A DNA stretch of 64,000 nt from Pirellulales bacterium (lineage in GTDB: Bacteria; Planctomycetota; Planctomycetia; Pirellulales; UBA1268), in NCBI GenBank assembly GCA_049695995.1, contig JBAVTF010000137.1, positions 107 to 64,106 of the forward strand. Reading direction: 5' to 3'. Below the pieces are notes generated by a model, which ran no database searches, was not told the DNA's origin, and worked only from the letters and a program-made list of their open reading frames with translations. Numbering within the stretch: position 1 is the stretch's first letter; each line of letters opens with the position of its first letter. Below, piece by piece: positions 1-9,562 of the stretch. The position numbers and the translations under genes were made by a program.

Positions 1-88
1 TGTCCAATGAAGGGCTTCCAAAAGCAGAGGCCGCACGAGGGACTCGCCGCATCCGGATATGCGCCTGGCCTGACGTACAATCAGCTTC

Positions 89-913
89 GTGTTGATGAGC
101 CAAGACTTTCCTCGAATCCTCTCCCCGATGTATCGCCTTTTCGCAGCCCTTCTGCTGTTCGCTCTGACTGCCGGCTGTGGCGCTGACGCAGGCCGGTCGG
201 CGGCGCGGGTCGTGACCGTGGCGGCGGCCTCCGATCTGCGGCATGCGTTGGCCGCAGTCATTCGCGGGTTTCACGAGATTCATCCCGATATCGAGGTGCA
301 GCCGACGTTCGCCGCGTCGGGCACGCTGCATGCGCAGATCGCGACGGGTGCGCCGTTCGACCTCTTTCTGGCGGCCGACATCGGCTACGCCGAGAGCCTT
401 GCCGAGCAGGGGCTCGCCGCCCGCGATGATGTGTTTCGCTACGGCACCGGGCGGCTCGTCGTCTGGGTGCCGCAGGCGTCGGCGGTCGATCTCGATGCGG
501 CTGGAATACAAGCCTTGCTCGATCCGGCGATCCGGCGGATCGCGATCGCCAACCCGCGGCACGCGCCCTACGGCCGGGCGGCCGAGGCGGCGATCGATCA
601 CTACCGACTGCGTGATCTCGTGCAGGTCAAGCTCGTGCTCGGGGAGAACGTCGCCGAGGCGGCGCAGTTCGTGGCCTCCGGTGCGGCCGATGCGGCGGTC
701 GTCGCACGGGCGCTCGCCGAGTCGCCGGTGATGAAGCCGCACGGCCGTGCCTGGCTCGTGCCGGCCGACGCGCATCCGCCGCTCGTGCATGGCGGCGCGG
801 TGCTCGCTGCGGCCCGTGATGCTGTGGCGGCTCGCCTCGTCGTGGACTTCGTGCGCGGCTCCGAGGGACGTGCGATCCTGCGCGACCACGGCTTCGACGT
901 GGAGCCGAACTGA
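89..913 (+). CDS. modA: molybdate ABC transporter substrate-binding lipoprotein (ModA-like)
   Basis: 274-aa ORF. Signal peptide with lipobox-like LTAGC. ModA-type motifs AAASDL, FAASGTLHAQI and GAPFDLFLAAD. Followed by a permease and an ATPase with a 3-nt gap and a 4-nt overlap. Start is GTG 89 or ATG 95. Confidence 0.85.
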   Translation: MLMSQDFPRILSPMYRLFAALLLFALTAGCGADAGRSAARVVTVAAASDLRHALAAVIRGFHEIHPDIEVQPTFAASGTLHAQIATGAPFDLFLAADIGYAESLAEQGLAARDDVFRYGTGRLVVWVPQASAVDLDAAGIQALLDPAIRRIAIANPRHAPYGRAAEAAIDHYRLRDLVQVKLVLGENVAEAAQFVASGAADAAVVARALAESPVMKPHGRAWLVPADAHPPLVHGGAVLAAARDAVAARLVVDFVRGSEGRAILRDHGFDVEPN

Positions 914-916
914 CCC

Positions 917-1579
917 ATGGATGCCGCCGCCGTCCGCCTCACGTGCACGCTCGCCGCGGCCACGACGGCCGTGCTCGCCATCGTCGGCCTCCCGCTCGCC
1001 CACTGGCTCGCGACATCGCGGTGGCGGGGACGGTTTCTCGTCGAGTCGCTCGTCACGCTGCCGCTTGTGCTCCCCCCCACGGTGCTCGGCTTCTTCATCC
1101 TCGTGGGCCTCGGGCCGCAGAGCCCGCTCGGTCGGCTCTACGAGCAGGCGACCGGCGCGACACTGCCGTTCTCGTTCGCCGGCATCCTCGCGGCGTCGGT
1201 CGTCTCCAACCTGCCGTTCGCGGTGCGGCCCTTCACGGCTGCCTTCACCGGCATGGACCGGCGGCTGGTCGAGGCCTCGTGGTGCCTGGGTGAATCGCGG
1301 TGGCGAACCTGGTTGCGGGTGACGCTGCCCGCCTGCTGGCCGGGGATTCTCGCGGGCCTCGTGCTCACGTTTGCCCACGCGGTGGGCGAGTTCGGCGTCG
1401 TGCTCATGGTCGGAGGCTCGATCCCCGGCGTCACCCGGACGCTCGCCCTCACCATCTACGACGACGTGCAGGCGCTCGACTACGCAGCCGCGGCCCGCAC
1501 GTCGGGCTGGCTCGTCGCCTTCGCCTTGGTCGCGATGGCCGTAGTGCACCTGCTCGAACAGCGGCGGAGGGCGCAGTGA
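917..1579 (+). CDS. modB: molybdate ABC transporter permease (ModB-like)
   Basis: 220-aa multi-TM ORF of the ABC type-I permease kind, with an EAA-like loop (VEASWCLGESRWRTWLRVTLP). Lies between modA and modC. Confidence 0.85.
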   Translation: MDAAAVRLTCTLAAATTAVLAIVGLPLAHWLATSRWRGRFLVESLVTLPLVLPPTVLGFFILVGLGPQSPLGRLYEQATGATLPFSFAGILAASVVSNLPFAVRPFTAAFTGMDRRLVEASWCLGESRWRTWLRVTLPACWPGILAGLVLTFAHAVGEFGVVLMVGGSIPGVTRTLALTIYDDVQALDYAAAARTSGWLVAFALVAMAVVHLLEQRRRAQ

Positions 1580-2241
1580 GCGGCGGACTGGAGGCCGACT
1601 TCACGAAGCGGTTTCCGCGGGGTCCGCTCATTCGCGGCAGCCTGCGGTGCGCGACGGACCGGTTTCACGTGACCGCGGTAATCGGCCCGTCCGGCGCAGG
1701 CAAGACGACGGTGCTGCGGTGCCTCGCGGGACTCGAGCGGCCCGACTCCGGCCGGATCACATGTGCCGGCGAGATCTGGTGCGACGTCGCCACTCGCCGG
1801 TTCCTTCCGCCACAGGCGCGGGGCGTGGGGTTCATGGGTCAACAGCCCGCGCTCTTCCCCTGGTTGTCGGTCGTCGACAACATCGGCTACGGCTTGCGGC
1901 GACTCACGGCAGCGGAGCGGCGGACGATCGTCGCCGACCTGCTCGCGCGATTCGGCATCGCAGGCCTCGCGAACCGTCTTCCACACGAACTTTCCGGAGG
2001 CGAGCAGCAGCGAGTGGCGCTCGCCCGGACGCTGGCTCCACGGCCCCGGCTCCTGCTCCTCGACGAGCCGCTGACGGCGCTTGACGTCGAGCTTCGTGCC
2101 GAGATGCGGCGCCAGCTCCGCGACTGGCTGGCAATCTGCGGCATCCCCGTCGTGCTCGTCACGCACGACCGTGCCGACGCCGAAGCGTTGGCCGACGCGG
2201 TCGTGACGCTGCCCGCCCCTGACAATTGTCCAATTTGTTGA
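1576..2241 (+). CDS. modC: molybdate ABC transporter ATP-binding protein, short form without a TOBE/Mop domain
   Basis: GTG at 1576 overlaps the modB stop (GTGA). Walker A GPSGAGKTT, ABC signature LSGGEQQRVALAR, Walker B LLLLDEP. The upstream part of track ORF 1300..2241 overlaps modB and is not coding. At about 221 aa there is no C-terminal regulatory domain. Confidence 0.85.
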   Translation: MSGGLEADFTKRFPRGPLIRGSLRCATDRFHVTAVIGPSGAGKTTVLRCLAGLERPDSGRITCAGEIWCDVATRRFLPPQARGVGFMGQQPALFPWLSVVDNIGYGLRRLTAAERRTIVADLLARFGIAGLANRLPHELSGGEQQRVALARTLAPRPRLLLLDEPLTALDVELRAEMRRQLRDWLAICGIPVVLVTHDRADAEALADAVVTLPAPDNCPIC

Positions 2242-2316
2242 CCCGACCGGAATTGCGGGCTAGGGTCTCTTTGCGGCCCCGGTGCGCCCGCACGGCCGAC
2301 CTCCTGGAGAGAATGG

Positions 2317-5300
2317 ATGCGTTCCCGGTCTGCCCGCCGCCCTGCCCACCACCTCGGCATCGACGCCCTGGAAAACCGCCGGCTGCTCGCGATCACGCCC
2401 GGCACCGTATACGGCTCGACGGCCGCCACCTGGACCGATGCCGACGGTGACACCGTCACGGTGAGCCTCACGGGCACCGTTGCGGCCGGAGCGGGCTTCA
2501 CGGTGGAACTCGCTGGCCTTGCGACCGACAACGCCGACGCCACGCGGCTCTCGCTCGTGGGCCTCTCAGCCGAAAACGGGATCCAGGTCGTGGTGACCCC
2601 AAACGAGCTGACCACGCAGCCAGGCACCGGCTTCGCCACGATGTATTCGCCCGGCTACACCAATGTGGCATTCCTCGATCTGGATGCCGCGGCCGAGACG
2701 ACAGCCCTGGGCGGCATCCAGCTTTCCGCCGCGATCGTGAACTCCATTTCGCTGGCCGGCGTTGACGTCGGCTCGATCACGCTCGACGCTGGACAGGCGC
2801 CGTTCATCGACCGGATCAACACCCAAAACAACCAGCAGGCTGCCGACACCACGATGTACAACCCCGTCACGGGGCTCATCGATCTGGGCGGCATCCAGGC
2901 CAAGAGCATCGACTCACTCGTCATCAACGGGGCGATCAGCGCCGACACGAAGAATCCCTACGACACGTCTGTCACCAACGATTTCCGGAGCGTGATCAAC
3001 GTTACCGGCCGGATCGGCTCGGTGCTGGGTCTGCGAAGCTCGCTCAGCGGCGCAATTCGTGCCGCCAGCATCGGCTCCGTGCGGGTGGCGAATATCGCCG
3101 GCGAGATCACGACCCGCGATGCTGCCAAAGACTTCGCCATCAACCTGCCCGCCGCCTTCAAGGGCTTCATCAATTCGGCCGGCCACCTGCACCTCGGGTT
3201 CCCGCTGAGCGACGGCAGCCTGATCACCGGCCAGATCACGGCCGGCGGCGGCATCTCCGGCTCCGACAAGGATTCGCTGCTCGACACGATCTTCCTGCCC
3301 GATACCTTCGTGGGCTCGCTCACCAACACGAGCACCAGCGCCGACGTCGCGAGCATCGCGATCGACGGCGTGGGTGACATCGGCATCGTGTCGGCGGCGG
3401 GGATCGGCGACATGTCGGCCGACGGCTTTGGCATCACATTCGTGGCCCATGCGGCCAAATCGATCGGCGCGATCAACGCCGGCAGTGGCGATTTCGCGGG
3501 CCGCTTCCAGGCCGGCACCGACATCGGGCTGATCACGGTGCCGACCGGCGACGTCGTCACGGCCTATGTCGCGGCGGGCCGCGACCTCGCGGGCCTGAAC
3601 GTGCCCAACGGCGGCGTGCAGGGGGCGTCGTTCGTCGCCGGCCGCGACGTGGGGCCGATCTCCGCCTTCGGCAGCCTCGCCGGGTTCGGCATCTCCGACA
3701 CGAGCGTCGTCGCCGGTCGCAACGTGGCTGCCATCACGGCCCGCTCCCACACGGGCCCGGCCATCGAGGCCCTCAAGCTCGAGGCGGGCGAGGCGATCGC
3801 CAGCATCACGGGCACGTCGTACGGCGAATTCGGGGCTTTGGCCGGGGCCGGCATCAGCGAGTCGAACGTCGTCGCCAACTCGATCGGCTTCGTCACGGGA
3901 GTGTCAGCCGGCGGCGTCGGCATCGAGACCACGAAGCTCGCCAGCCGCACCGGCGGGATCGCCGCGGTGAGCGGCACCGGCTGGCTGGACGGCCTGTCCG
4001 ATCTCACGGTCGTGGCCCACACCGACATCGGCCCGATCACCGGCATCTCGAAGCTCGACGGCAGCGGCATCAACGGCGGCTCGTTCGACGCCAACTATGG
4101 CTCGATCGGCCAGATCACGGCCGAAGGGGGCGCCGCGGGTGGTCACGGCATCGTGAGCACCCGCTTCCAGGCGACCGACCTCGATGAAGAGGAGGTCGGG
4201 AATGGCCGGATCGCCGGCATCTCTGCCTCGGCCAACGCCAACGGCCGTAACGCCCTCACCGACGTGCTTGTCTACGCCGGGTCGATCGGCGCGGTCTCCG
4301 CGACAGTGCATGGCGGCCTCGACGGTAACGGCATCCTGGCGGGCGAGATCCGTTCCTTTTCGGGCGCCATCGATTCGCTCGCGGTCAATGTCCGCTCGAT
4401 CAACGGCATCGGCATCATCGACGGTAAGGTGCAGGCCTCCGGCGATATCGGTGGCATGACGGTGAAGGCCTTCAACGCCACGGCGATCCAGGGGGGCACG
4501 TTCCAGTCGCGGGGCAACTTTGGCAGTATCTACGCCGAGGCCACGAAGGGGGGCAATGCGATCGACGGCGCAGTCTTCACCGCGCCGGGCCGGATCGTGC
4601 TGCTCGATCCGGCGAATCCGCCCCCCGATGCCGACTCCTTCGACCCAAAGGGCAACTTCGGCACGATCACGGCCGTCGCCGGCGGGACCGACGCGCTGGC
4701 CACCGCCATCGTGGACTCCACGTTCACGGCGATCGGAAACATCGGCCTCGTCACGGCCACGAGCAAGGGGGCCGGCGCGATCGTGGGATCCACGTTCACG
4801 GCCGACTCCGACGGCGACTACACGCCGCAGCCGCCGGACTCCCCGCGGCCATGGCTCGCCTCCGGCAACCTTGCCGGCGTCACGGCAGTCGCTGCCGGCC
4901 GGCACCTCCTCGCCTCGTCGGCAATCGTGGAATCGGTGTTCACGGCCGCGAACATCGGCACGATCTACGCCGACGTGCAGACGGTCGAAGGGGGCAATGC
5001 GATCTTCGGCTCCACGTTTGCGGCTCGCACGGCCGTGTACGACGGCCGCGGCAACTTCGACAACACGGGCACGATTGGCAATGTGCTCGTCCGCAATCGC
5101 TCCTCGGCCCAGCCGGGCCTGGGCACCGGCATCGAAAATTCCTCGTTCCTGGCCGGCGCTGCCGGTGGCATCGGCGACATCACCGTGACCACGAGCGGGG
5201 CCTCGGGCATCTTCGCGAGCACGTTCCTCGCCGACGTGGTGGATCTCGACCAGAATGCCTACACATCCACGATCGGTGATATCACGGTCAACACGGGCCG

Positions 5301-6474
5301 GGCGCTCGTCTGGACGATCGTGCCGGTGGCCATCACGGGCTCGTCGTTCATCGCGGCCGCCGGAATCGGCAACGTGACGGTCGATTCGATCGGCTCGGGC
5401 ATCACGGCCTCGTTCTTCGTGGCCGACTGGGACTATCTCTCGCTCACGAGCACTCCGGGCGTGCTCGGCGACATCACCGTCCGCGTGCCGGGCCGTAATG
5501 CCAGCGGCATCACCGGGAGTGTCTTTTCGGGATCGAGCATCGGCGACATCTCCGTCCGGCTTGCCGACGATGCCGAGCAGGGCATCAACGCGATCGCCCT
5601 CTCCGCCTTCACGGCCTGGACGGGCACGATCGGCAACGTGACCGTGATCCACTCGCAGACCGGGTTCGTTTACAACGTCGGCCTCGGCTACGCGGTGCTC
5701 ACGAGCGTGTTCAACGCCTTCGCGGGCATCGGTGCGATCACGATCCAGGGCCGCACGCTCGGGGCGGTGTTCATCGTCGCCGGCCAGCCCTTCGTGGCGG
5801 CCGCGGCGACCCCTGGCCCGGCCAGTGCCCTGCCCACGGCGATCGGCCCCGTCACGGTGTCGATGGCCAACTCGATGGATCTCACGCTCGATGCGGCCGC
5901 TGGCGACATCGGCGCCATCGCGTTCACGAATCTCGCCTCGGGCGCAGTGATCACGCTCACGCTCGCCGCATCGTCGGTGGGCAACCTCACGGTCGGTGCG
6001 CCAGGCAGCCTCGCGACCGCCGACCTCGTGCTCGGCGGCACCGTGGGCAGTTTTGGCAACGTGAACGTGGACGGCAACGCCACGCTCGACGTGCCGTCCG
6101 TCACGAAGATGGGAGCCCTGACCGTCGGCGGCACGCTCACACTGCCCAAGGGTCTACCGAGCCTGGCGCAGATGGGGGCCTTCTCCGCCGGCTCCCTGCC
6201 GGGGCTGTCCCGCGATGTGTCGATCGGGTCCCGGTCACTCCGCGGCACGTCGATCGGGGCGATTCAGATCGGGGCGATCAATCGCACCAAGCAGCAGAAG
6301 GGGCTCTACACCTTCGCCTTCTCCACCTACGCCGGCTCGCCCAACGCCATCGTCGGTAGCAGCGGCCGCAACGCGACCTCGAAGGGAGTCACGGTCGATG
6401 CCGTGCGGCTGTTCAAGACCGCAGCCGCCCAGCCGGCCCCGACGACGACGCCCGCCAAGAAAAAGAAGCGGTAA
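2317..6474 (+). CDS. giant secreted/surface repetitive protein (beta-solenoid-like), function unknown
   Basis: 1385-aa ORF with GGAGAG at 2305-2310 before the ATG. The N-terminus is Arg-rich and followed by LENRRLLA. The body is G/A/S/T/I/V-rich with a recurring motif of roughly IG.I(T/S)(A/V)....G...I.GS.F.A. I see no Cys in the translation. The C-terminus is PAKKKKR. Confidence 0.8.
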   Translation: MRSRSARRPAHHLGIDALENRRLLAITPGTVYGSTAATWTDADGDTVTVSLTGTVAAGAGFTVELAGLATDNADATRLSLVGLSAENGIQVVVTPNELTTQPGTGFATMYSPGYTNVAFLDLDAAAETTALGGIQLSAAIVNSISLAGVDVGSITLDAGQAPFIDRINTQNNQQAADTTMYNPVTGLIDLGGIQAKSIDSLVINGAISADTKNPYDTSVTNDFRSVINVTGRIGSVLGLRSSLSGAIRAASIGSVRVANIAGEITTRDAAKDFAINLPAAFKGFINSAGHLHLGFPLSDGSLITGQITAGGGISGSDKDSLLDTIFLPDTFVGSLTNTSTSADVASIAIDGVGDIGIVSAAGIGDMSADGFGITFVAHAAKSIGAINAGSGDFAGRFQAGTDIGLITVPTGDVVTAYVAAGRDLAGLNVPNGGVQGASFVAGRDVGPISAFGSLAGFGISDTSVVAGRNVAAITARSHTGPAIEALKLEAGEAIASITGTSYGEFGALAGAGISESNVVANSIGFVTGVSAGGVGIETTKLASRTGGIAAVSGTGWLDGLSDLTVVAHTDIGPITGISKLDGSGINGGSFDANYGSIGQITAEGGAAGGHGIVSTRFQATDLDEEEVGNGRIAGISASANANGRNALTDVLVYAGSIGAVSATVHGGLDGNGILAGEIRSFSGAIDSLAVNVRSINGIGIIDGKVQASGDIGGMTVKAFNATAIQGGTFQSRGNFGSIYAEATKGGNAIDGAVFTAPGRIVLLDPANPPPDADSFDPKGNFGTITAVAGGTDALATAIVDSTFTAIGNIGLVTATSKGAGAIVGSTFTADSDGDYTPQPPDSPRPWLASGNLAGVTAVAAGRHLLASSAIVESVFTAANIGTIYADVQTVEGGNAIFGSTFAARTAVYDGRGNFDNTGTIGNVLVRNRSSAQPGLGTGIENSSFLAGAAGGIGDITVTTSGASGIFASTFLADVVDLDQNAYTSTIGDITVNTGRALVWTIVPVAITGSSFIAAAGIGNVTVDSIGSGITASFFVADWDYLSLTSTPGVLGDITVRVPGRNASGITGSVFSGSSIGDISVRLADDAEQGINAIALSAFTAWTGTIGNVTVIHSQTGFVYNVGLGYAVLTSVFNAFAGIGAITIQGRTLGAVFIVAGQPFVAAAATPGPASALPTAIGPVTVSMANSMDLTLDAAAGDIGAIAFTNLASGAVITLTLAASSVGNLTVGAPGSLATADLVLGGTVGSFGNVNVDGNATLDVPSVTKMGALTVGGTLTLPKGLPSLAQMGAFSAGSLPGLSRDVSIGSRSLRGTSIGAIQIGAINRTKQQKGLYTFAFSTYAGSPNAIVGSSGRNATSKGVTVDAVRLFKTAAAQPAPTTTPAKKKKR

Positions 6475-6482
6475 GCGGCACG

Positions 6483-6503
6483 GCCGGGCCGCATAAGCCC
6501 GGC
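6483..6503. terminator. short GC hairpin between convergent genes (possible bidirectional terminator)
   Basis: GCCGGGC (6483-6489) pairs with GCCCGGC (6497-6503) around a 7-nt loop. It lies in the 40-nt gap between the stops at 6474 (+) and 6515 (-). There is no clear U-tract. Confidence 0.3.
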
Positions 6504-6514
6504 GTTGCGAGCCG

Positions 6515-7906
6515 TCAGCCGCGAGCGACGAGATCAAGCAGCGCGTCGCGGACGTCGGTCAGCGCGAGCGAGTCGCGGCGGGCTGTGCCGTCGGTGCAGA
6601 GAAACACCGGCCCGTCGGCCACGCGGTCGGGCAGCCGGCCATGGGAGCCGCGGACGATCGACGCATCCGTGCCGATCACGTTCATGAGATAGCGAAAGCC
6701 GAGCATCTTCCTTGCAAGCGTGAGGGCAATGCGGAGCTTCGGGAACGCGAGCGTCGGATCGACGAACAGCTCGACGGGGTCGTAGCCGGGCTTGCGGTGG
6801 ATGTCCACCGTGCGGGCGAAGTCGGGCATCTTGGCGTCGTCGAGCCAGTAGTAGTAGGTGAACCAGCGGTCCGGGGCCGCGACGGCGACGAGGTCACCCG
6901 ACCGCGGATGGTCGAGGCCGTGGGCTGCCTGTGCCTCGCGGTCGAGCACCTCGGCGATGCCGGGGGTCGCCTCGAGCAACGCCCGCACCTCCGCGATCCG
7001 CTCGGGCAGCTTTACATAGACGTGCGCCAGCTGGTGATCGGCCACGGCGAAGGCCGCGCTCGCGCCGGCATCGAGCAGTTCCCAGCCGAGATCGACCTCT
7101 TGCACCCGCAGGAGCCCCGCCCGCCGCAGCACGCGATTGATGTCGATGCCGGCGGTCACGGGCGTGATCCCGTATTCACTTACGACGGCCACCGTGCGGC
7201 CCGAGCCAGCCGCCCATTCGGCCAGTTCACCCGCCACGGCGTCGATCTCGCCGCAGGCCCGCACGGCCTCCGGGGAGTCGGGCCCGAATCGCTGCAGGTC
7301 GTAGTCGAGGTGTGGGAGATAGCAGAGCGTGACAGTCGGCCGGTGCGTTTCCATCACGCGGCGAGTGGCCGCGGCGATCCACCGTGACGAGCGAATGTCG
7401 GCGGTGGGCCCCCAGAAGTTGAAGAGCGGAAACCTCCCCAGCTGCCCCTGCAGCTCACCCTTGAGCGCCGGCGGATCGGTATAGAGGCTCGGGATCTTGC
7501 GGCCGTCGGCGGGATAGATCGGCCGCGGCGTGACCGCCTGATCGACGGCCGCGTGCATGTTGTACCACCAGAACATCTTGGCCACGGTGAAGCCGGAGCC
7601 GAACCGCCGCCGGCCGACGTTCCACAGCTTCTCCTGCTCGCAGCCGACGAGCGCGTTGGACTGCCGCCACAGCATCACCTCCGCGAGATCGCGAAAGTAC
7701 CAGCCGTTGCCGACGATGCCGTGGTCACGGGGCAGGCGACCGGTGAGCATCGTCGCCTGGGCCGAGCAGGTGACCGCGGGCAGCACGGTGCCGAGCGTCG
7801 CCTGAAACCCCGCCCGCCCCAGGGCCGCCAGCCGAGGCGTGTGAGGCAGCAGGCCGGGCGTCAGGCCGACGACGTTCACGACAAGCAGGGGCTTCATGCC
7901 CTGCAT
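6515..7906 (-). CDS. alkaline phosphatase superfamily / nucleotide pyrophosphatase-phosphodiesterase family protein
   Basis: From MQGMKPLLVVNVVGLTPGLL onward it resembles type-I phosphodiesterase/NPP (TGRLPRDHGIVGNGWY, YLPHLDY). The 67 codons upstream in track ORF 6515..8107 run through tRNA-Ser and are rejected. Start is ATG 7906 (alternative 7897). Confidence 0.8.
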   Translation of the reverse strand: MQGMKPLLVVNVVGLTPGLLPHTPRLAALGRAGFQATLGTVLPAVTCSAQATMLTGRLPRDHGIVGNGWYFRDLAEVMLWRQSNALVGCEQEKLWNVGRRRFGSGFTVAKMFWWYNMHAAVDQAVTPRPIYPADGRKIPSLYTDPPALKGELQGQLGRFPLFNFWGPTADIRSSRWIAAATRRVMETHRPTVTLCYLPHLDYDLQRFGPDSPEAVRACGEIDAVAGELAEWAAGSGRTVAVVSEYGITPVTAGIDINRVLRRAGLLRVQEVDLGWELLDAGASAAFAVADHQLAHVYVKLPERIAEVRALLEATPGIAEVLDREAQAAHGLDHPRSGDLVAVAAPDRWFTYYYWLDDAKMPDFARTVDIHRKPGYDPVELFVDPTLAFPKLRIALTLARKMLGFRYLMNVIGTDASIVRGSHGRLPDRVADGPVFLCTDGTARRDSLALTDVRDALLDLVARG

Positions 7907-7995
7907 CGTACCCTGCCGACCATCCGCCGAGTGCGGGTGTCGGCCGCGCCTCGTGAGCCCCCAAGCGCCTCGGTTCACCCTCGATACACGCCACA

Positions 7996-8085
7996 CGGAG
8001 AGGGCGGGATTCGAACCCGCGGTCCAGCTTTTGACCGGACACGTCTTTAGCAAAGACGCGCATTCGACCGCTCTGCCACCTCTCC
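7996..8085 (-). tRNA. tRNA-Ser (anticodon GCU)
   Basis: The reverse complement reads GGAGAGGTGGCAGAGCGGTCGAATGCG..CGTCT-TTGCTAA-AGACG..long variable arm..GCGGGTTCGAATCCCGCCCTCTCCG. The cloverleaf folds with a 7-bp acceptor stem. CCA is not encoded. Confidence 0.9.
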
Positions 8086-8168
8086 TCGTTTTCCCAGGAA
8101 TCAACATGGACTCCGGGAAACCGCAGTCGCTCTATTCTGGACGCGCCTCCCCCGTCCCGCAAGGAGCC

Positions 8169-9497
8169 ATGCCCGTGATCCCACCATCGGCACGAATCCT
8201 GCCCGCGGCCTGTAGTGCCGCCTGTTTCGCCGCCTGCTTGACCGCCCTGTCGACGCTGCCTGCGGCAGCGGCCGAACTGATGTCGGCCGCCCATGCGAGC
8301 ATTCGCGCCGCGGAGGCCGGGCAGCATGTCACGACGCTCGCCGATGACGCCTTCGAAGGCCGCGAGGGGGGCACCCGCGGAGGGCGTGCCGCCGGTACCT
8401 ACATCGTCGAGCAGTTGCAGAAACTGGGCCTCGAGCCGGCCGGCGACGACGGCAGCTTCTTCCAGTCATTCGGCGGCATGCGGAACATCCTGGGCCTGCT
8501 CAGAGGCAGTGATCCGGCGGTCGCCCGGGAACTCATCGTCGTCGGCGCCCACTACGACCACGTGGGCTACGGCAATGCCGCCACAAGCTACGGGCCGTTC
8601 GGCTACGTGCACAACGGCGCCGATGACAATGCCTCGGGCGTGGCGGGACTCCTCGAGGTGGCCGGCGCGCTGGAGCACCTTCCACAGCGGCCACGCCGGT
8701 CGATCCTCATCGCATTCTGGGACGGCGAAGAAAAGGGGTTGCTCGGCTCCTACCACTTTCTCCGCGTGAAACCGGCGGCGCTCGCCGGCATGCAGACCGT
8801 GTTTTCGATCAACCTCGACATGATCGGGCGGCTCCGCGGCCGCCGGCTCGAGGTCTACGGAGCCCGCACGTCGCCGGGCCTGCGGGCTGCGATCGTGCAG
8901 GCCAACACCGACCCCGCCATCCACGCAGCGCTGGAACTCGCCTTCGACTGGGACATCACGGACGACTCCGACCACTACCCGTTCATCGCCGCCGGCATTC
9001 CCACGGTGATGTTCCACACGGGGCTGCACGACCAATACCATCGCCCGAGCGACGACGTACACCTCGTGAACATGGACGGCATCGAACCCGTGGCCCGGCT
9101 CACGCTCGGCTTCGTGGTGATGCTCGCCGACGAGCCTGGGCCACCGCGGTCATTTCGTCAGCAATGCCGGGCCGAGTCGAATGTGACGAAACGCGCCCTC
9201 GAGGCGATCGCTTCGGAACCAGTGGCAGCCCAGCGGGGCCGCTGGGGCATCGGCAGCCGACCCGATCCGGGTGAACCGACAGCACCCGTGATCGTGCGGG
9301 TGTCACCCGGATCGCCCGCTGCGGCCGGTGGCCTCCAGCCGGGCGATCGGCTGATCGCCATCGACGGCGGGGCGATCACCTCTCAAGACGACATGCTCGC
9401 CCGACTGCGGGCGGCGAGAACGAGCGTCACGCTCGAAGTGGATCGCCGGGGAACGCTCGTGCAACTGACGCTGACCGGCGGGCCATCGGTCCCCTAA
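8169..9497 (+). CDS. M28-family aminopeptidase with C-terminal PDZ domain
   Basis: Signal-like N-terminus. M28 metal-ligand region VVGAHYDHVGYG...NGADDNASGVAGLLE...FWDGEEKGLLGS. C-terminal PDZ-like segment VSPGSPAAAGGLQPGDRLIAIDG. Start is ATG 8169 (AAGGAG at 8161-8166) or ATG 8106. Confidence 0.8.
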   Translation: MPVIPPSARILPAACSAACFAACLTALSTLPAAAAELMSAAHASIRAAEAGQHVTTLADDAFEGREGGTRGGRAAGTYIVEQLQKLGLEPAGDDGSFFQSFGGMRNILGLLRGSDPAVARELIVVGAHYDHVGYGNAATSYGPFGYVHNGADDNASGVAGLLEVAGALEHLPQRPRRSILIAFWDGEEKGLLGSYHFLRVKPAALAGMQTVFSINLDMIGRLRGRRLEVYGARTSPGLRAAIVQANTDPAIHAALELAFDWDITDDSDHYPFIAAGIPTVMFHTGLHDQYHRPSDDVHLVNMDGIEPVARLTLGFVVMLADEPGPPRSFRQQCRAESNVTKRALEAIASEPVAAQRGRWGIGSRPDPGEPTAPVIVRVSPGSPAAAGGLQPGDRLIAIDGGAITSQDDMLARLRAARTSVTLEVDRRGTLVQLTLTGGPSVP

Positions 9498-9533
9498 TCA
9501 CGAGAACGTGATCACGAGAACGTGATCACGACG
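9497..9533. repeat. tandem 14-nt direct repeat (about 2.6 copies) built from palindromes
   Basis: ATCACGAGAACGTG occurs at 9497-9510 and 9511-9524, then ATCACGACG at 9525-9533. The junctions form the perfect palindrome CGTGATCACG. Located between convergent stops at 9497 (+) and 9563 (-). Confidence 0.7.
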
Positions 9534-9562
9534 CTCGGCAGGACGCGGGACGCACAGACGAC

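Noticed and set aside
1576-2241. Short ModC (no TOBE domain) as a truncated pseudogene
   Set aside because: All ABC motifs are intact, the ORF ends cleanly, and short ModC/TupC-like ATPases exist. There is no evidence of a frameshift downstream.
3904-5652. 582-aa minus-strand ORF (and several 100-280-aa ORFs) inside the giant protein gene
   Set aside because: Antisense or off-frame products of a GC-rich repetitive gene. They are Arg/Asp/Gly-rich with no motifs, while the plus frame has an RBS, an N-terminal export-like motif and consistent repeat structure.
7996-8085. tRNA-Ser, or the tRNA cluster at 52.0-52.6 kb, as an integration site of a prophage or island
   Set aside because: I could not find an integrase, a direct repeat of a tRNA 3' end, or phage-like genes next to any tRNA in the window. 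The flanking genes are ordinary chromosomal genes.
7907-8107. N-terminal 67 codons of track ORF 6515..8107, and the first 70-91 codons of ORF 7896..9497
   Set aside because: Both run through the tRNA-Ser gene (7996-8085). Conserved protein similarity begins only at the internal Met codons.
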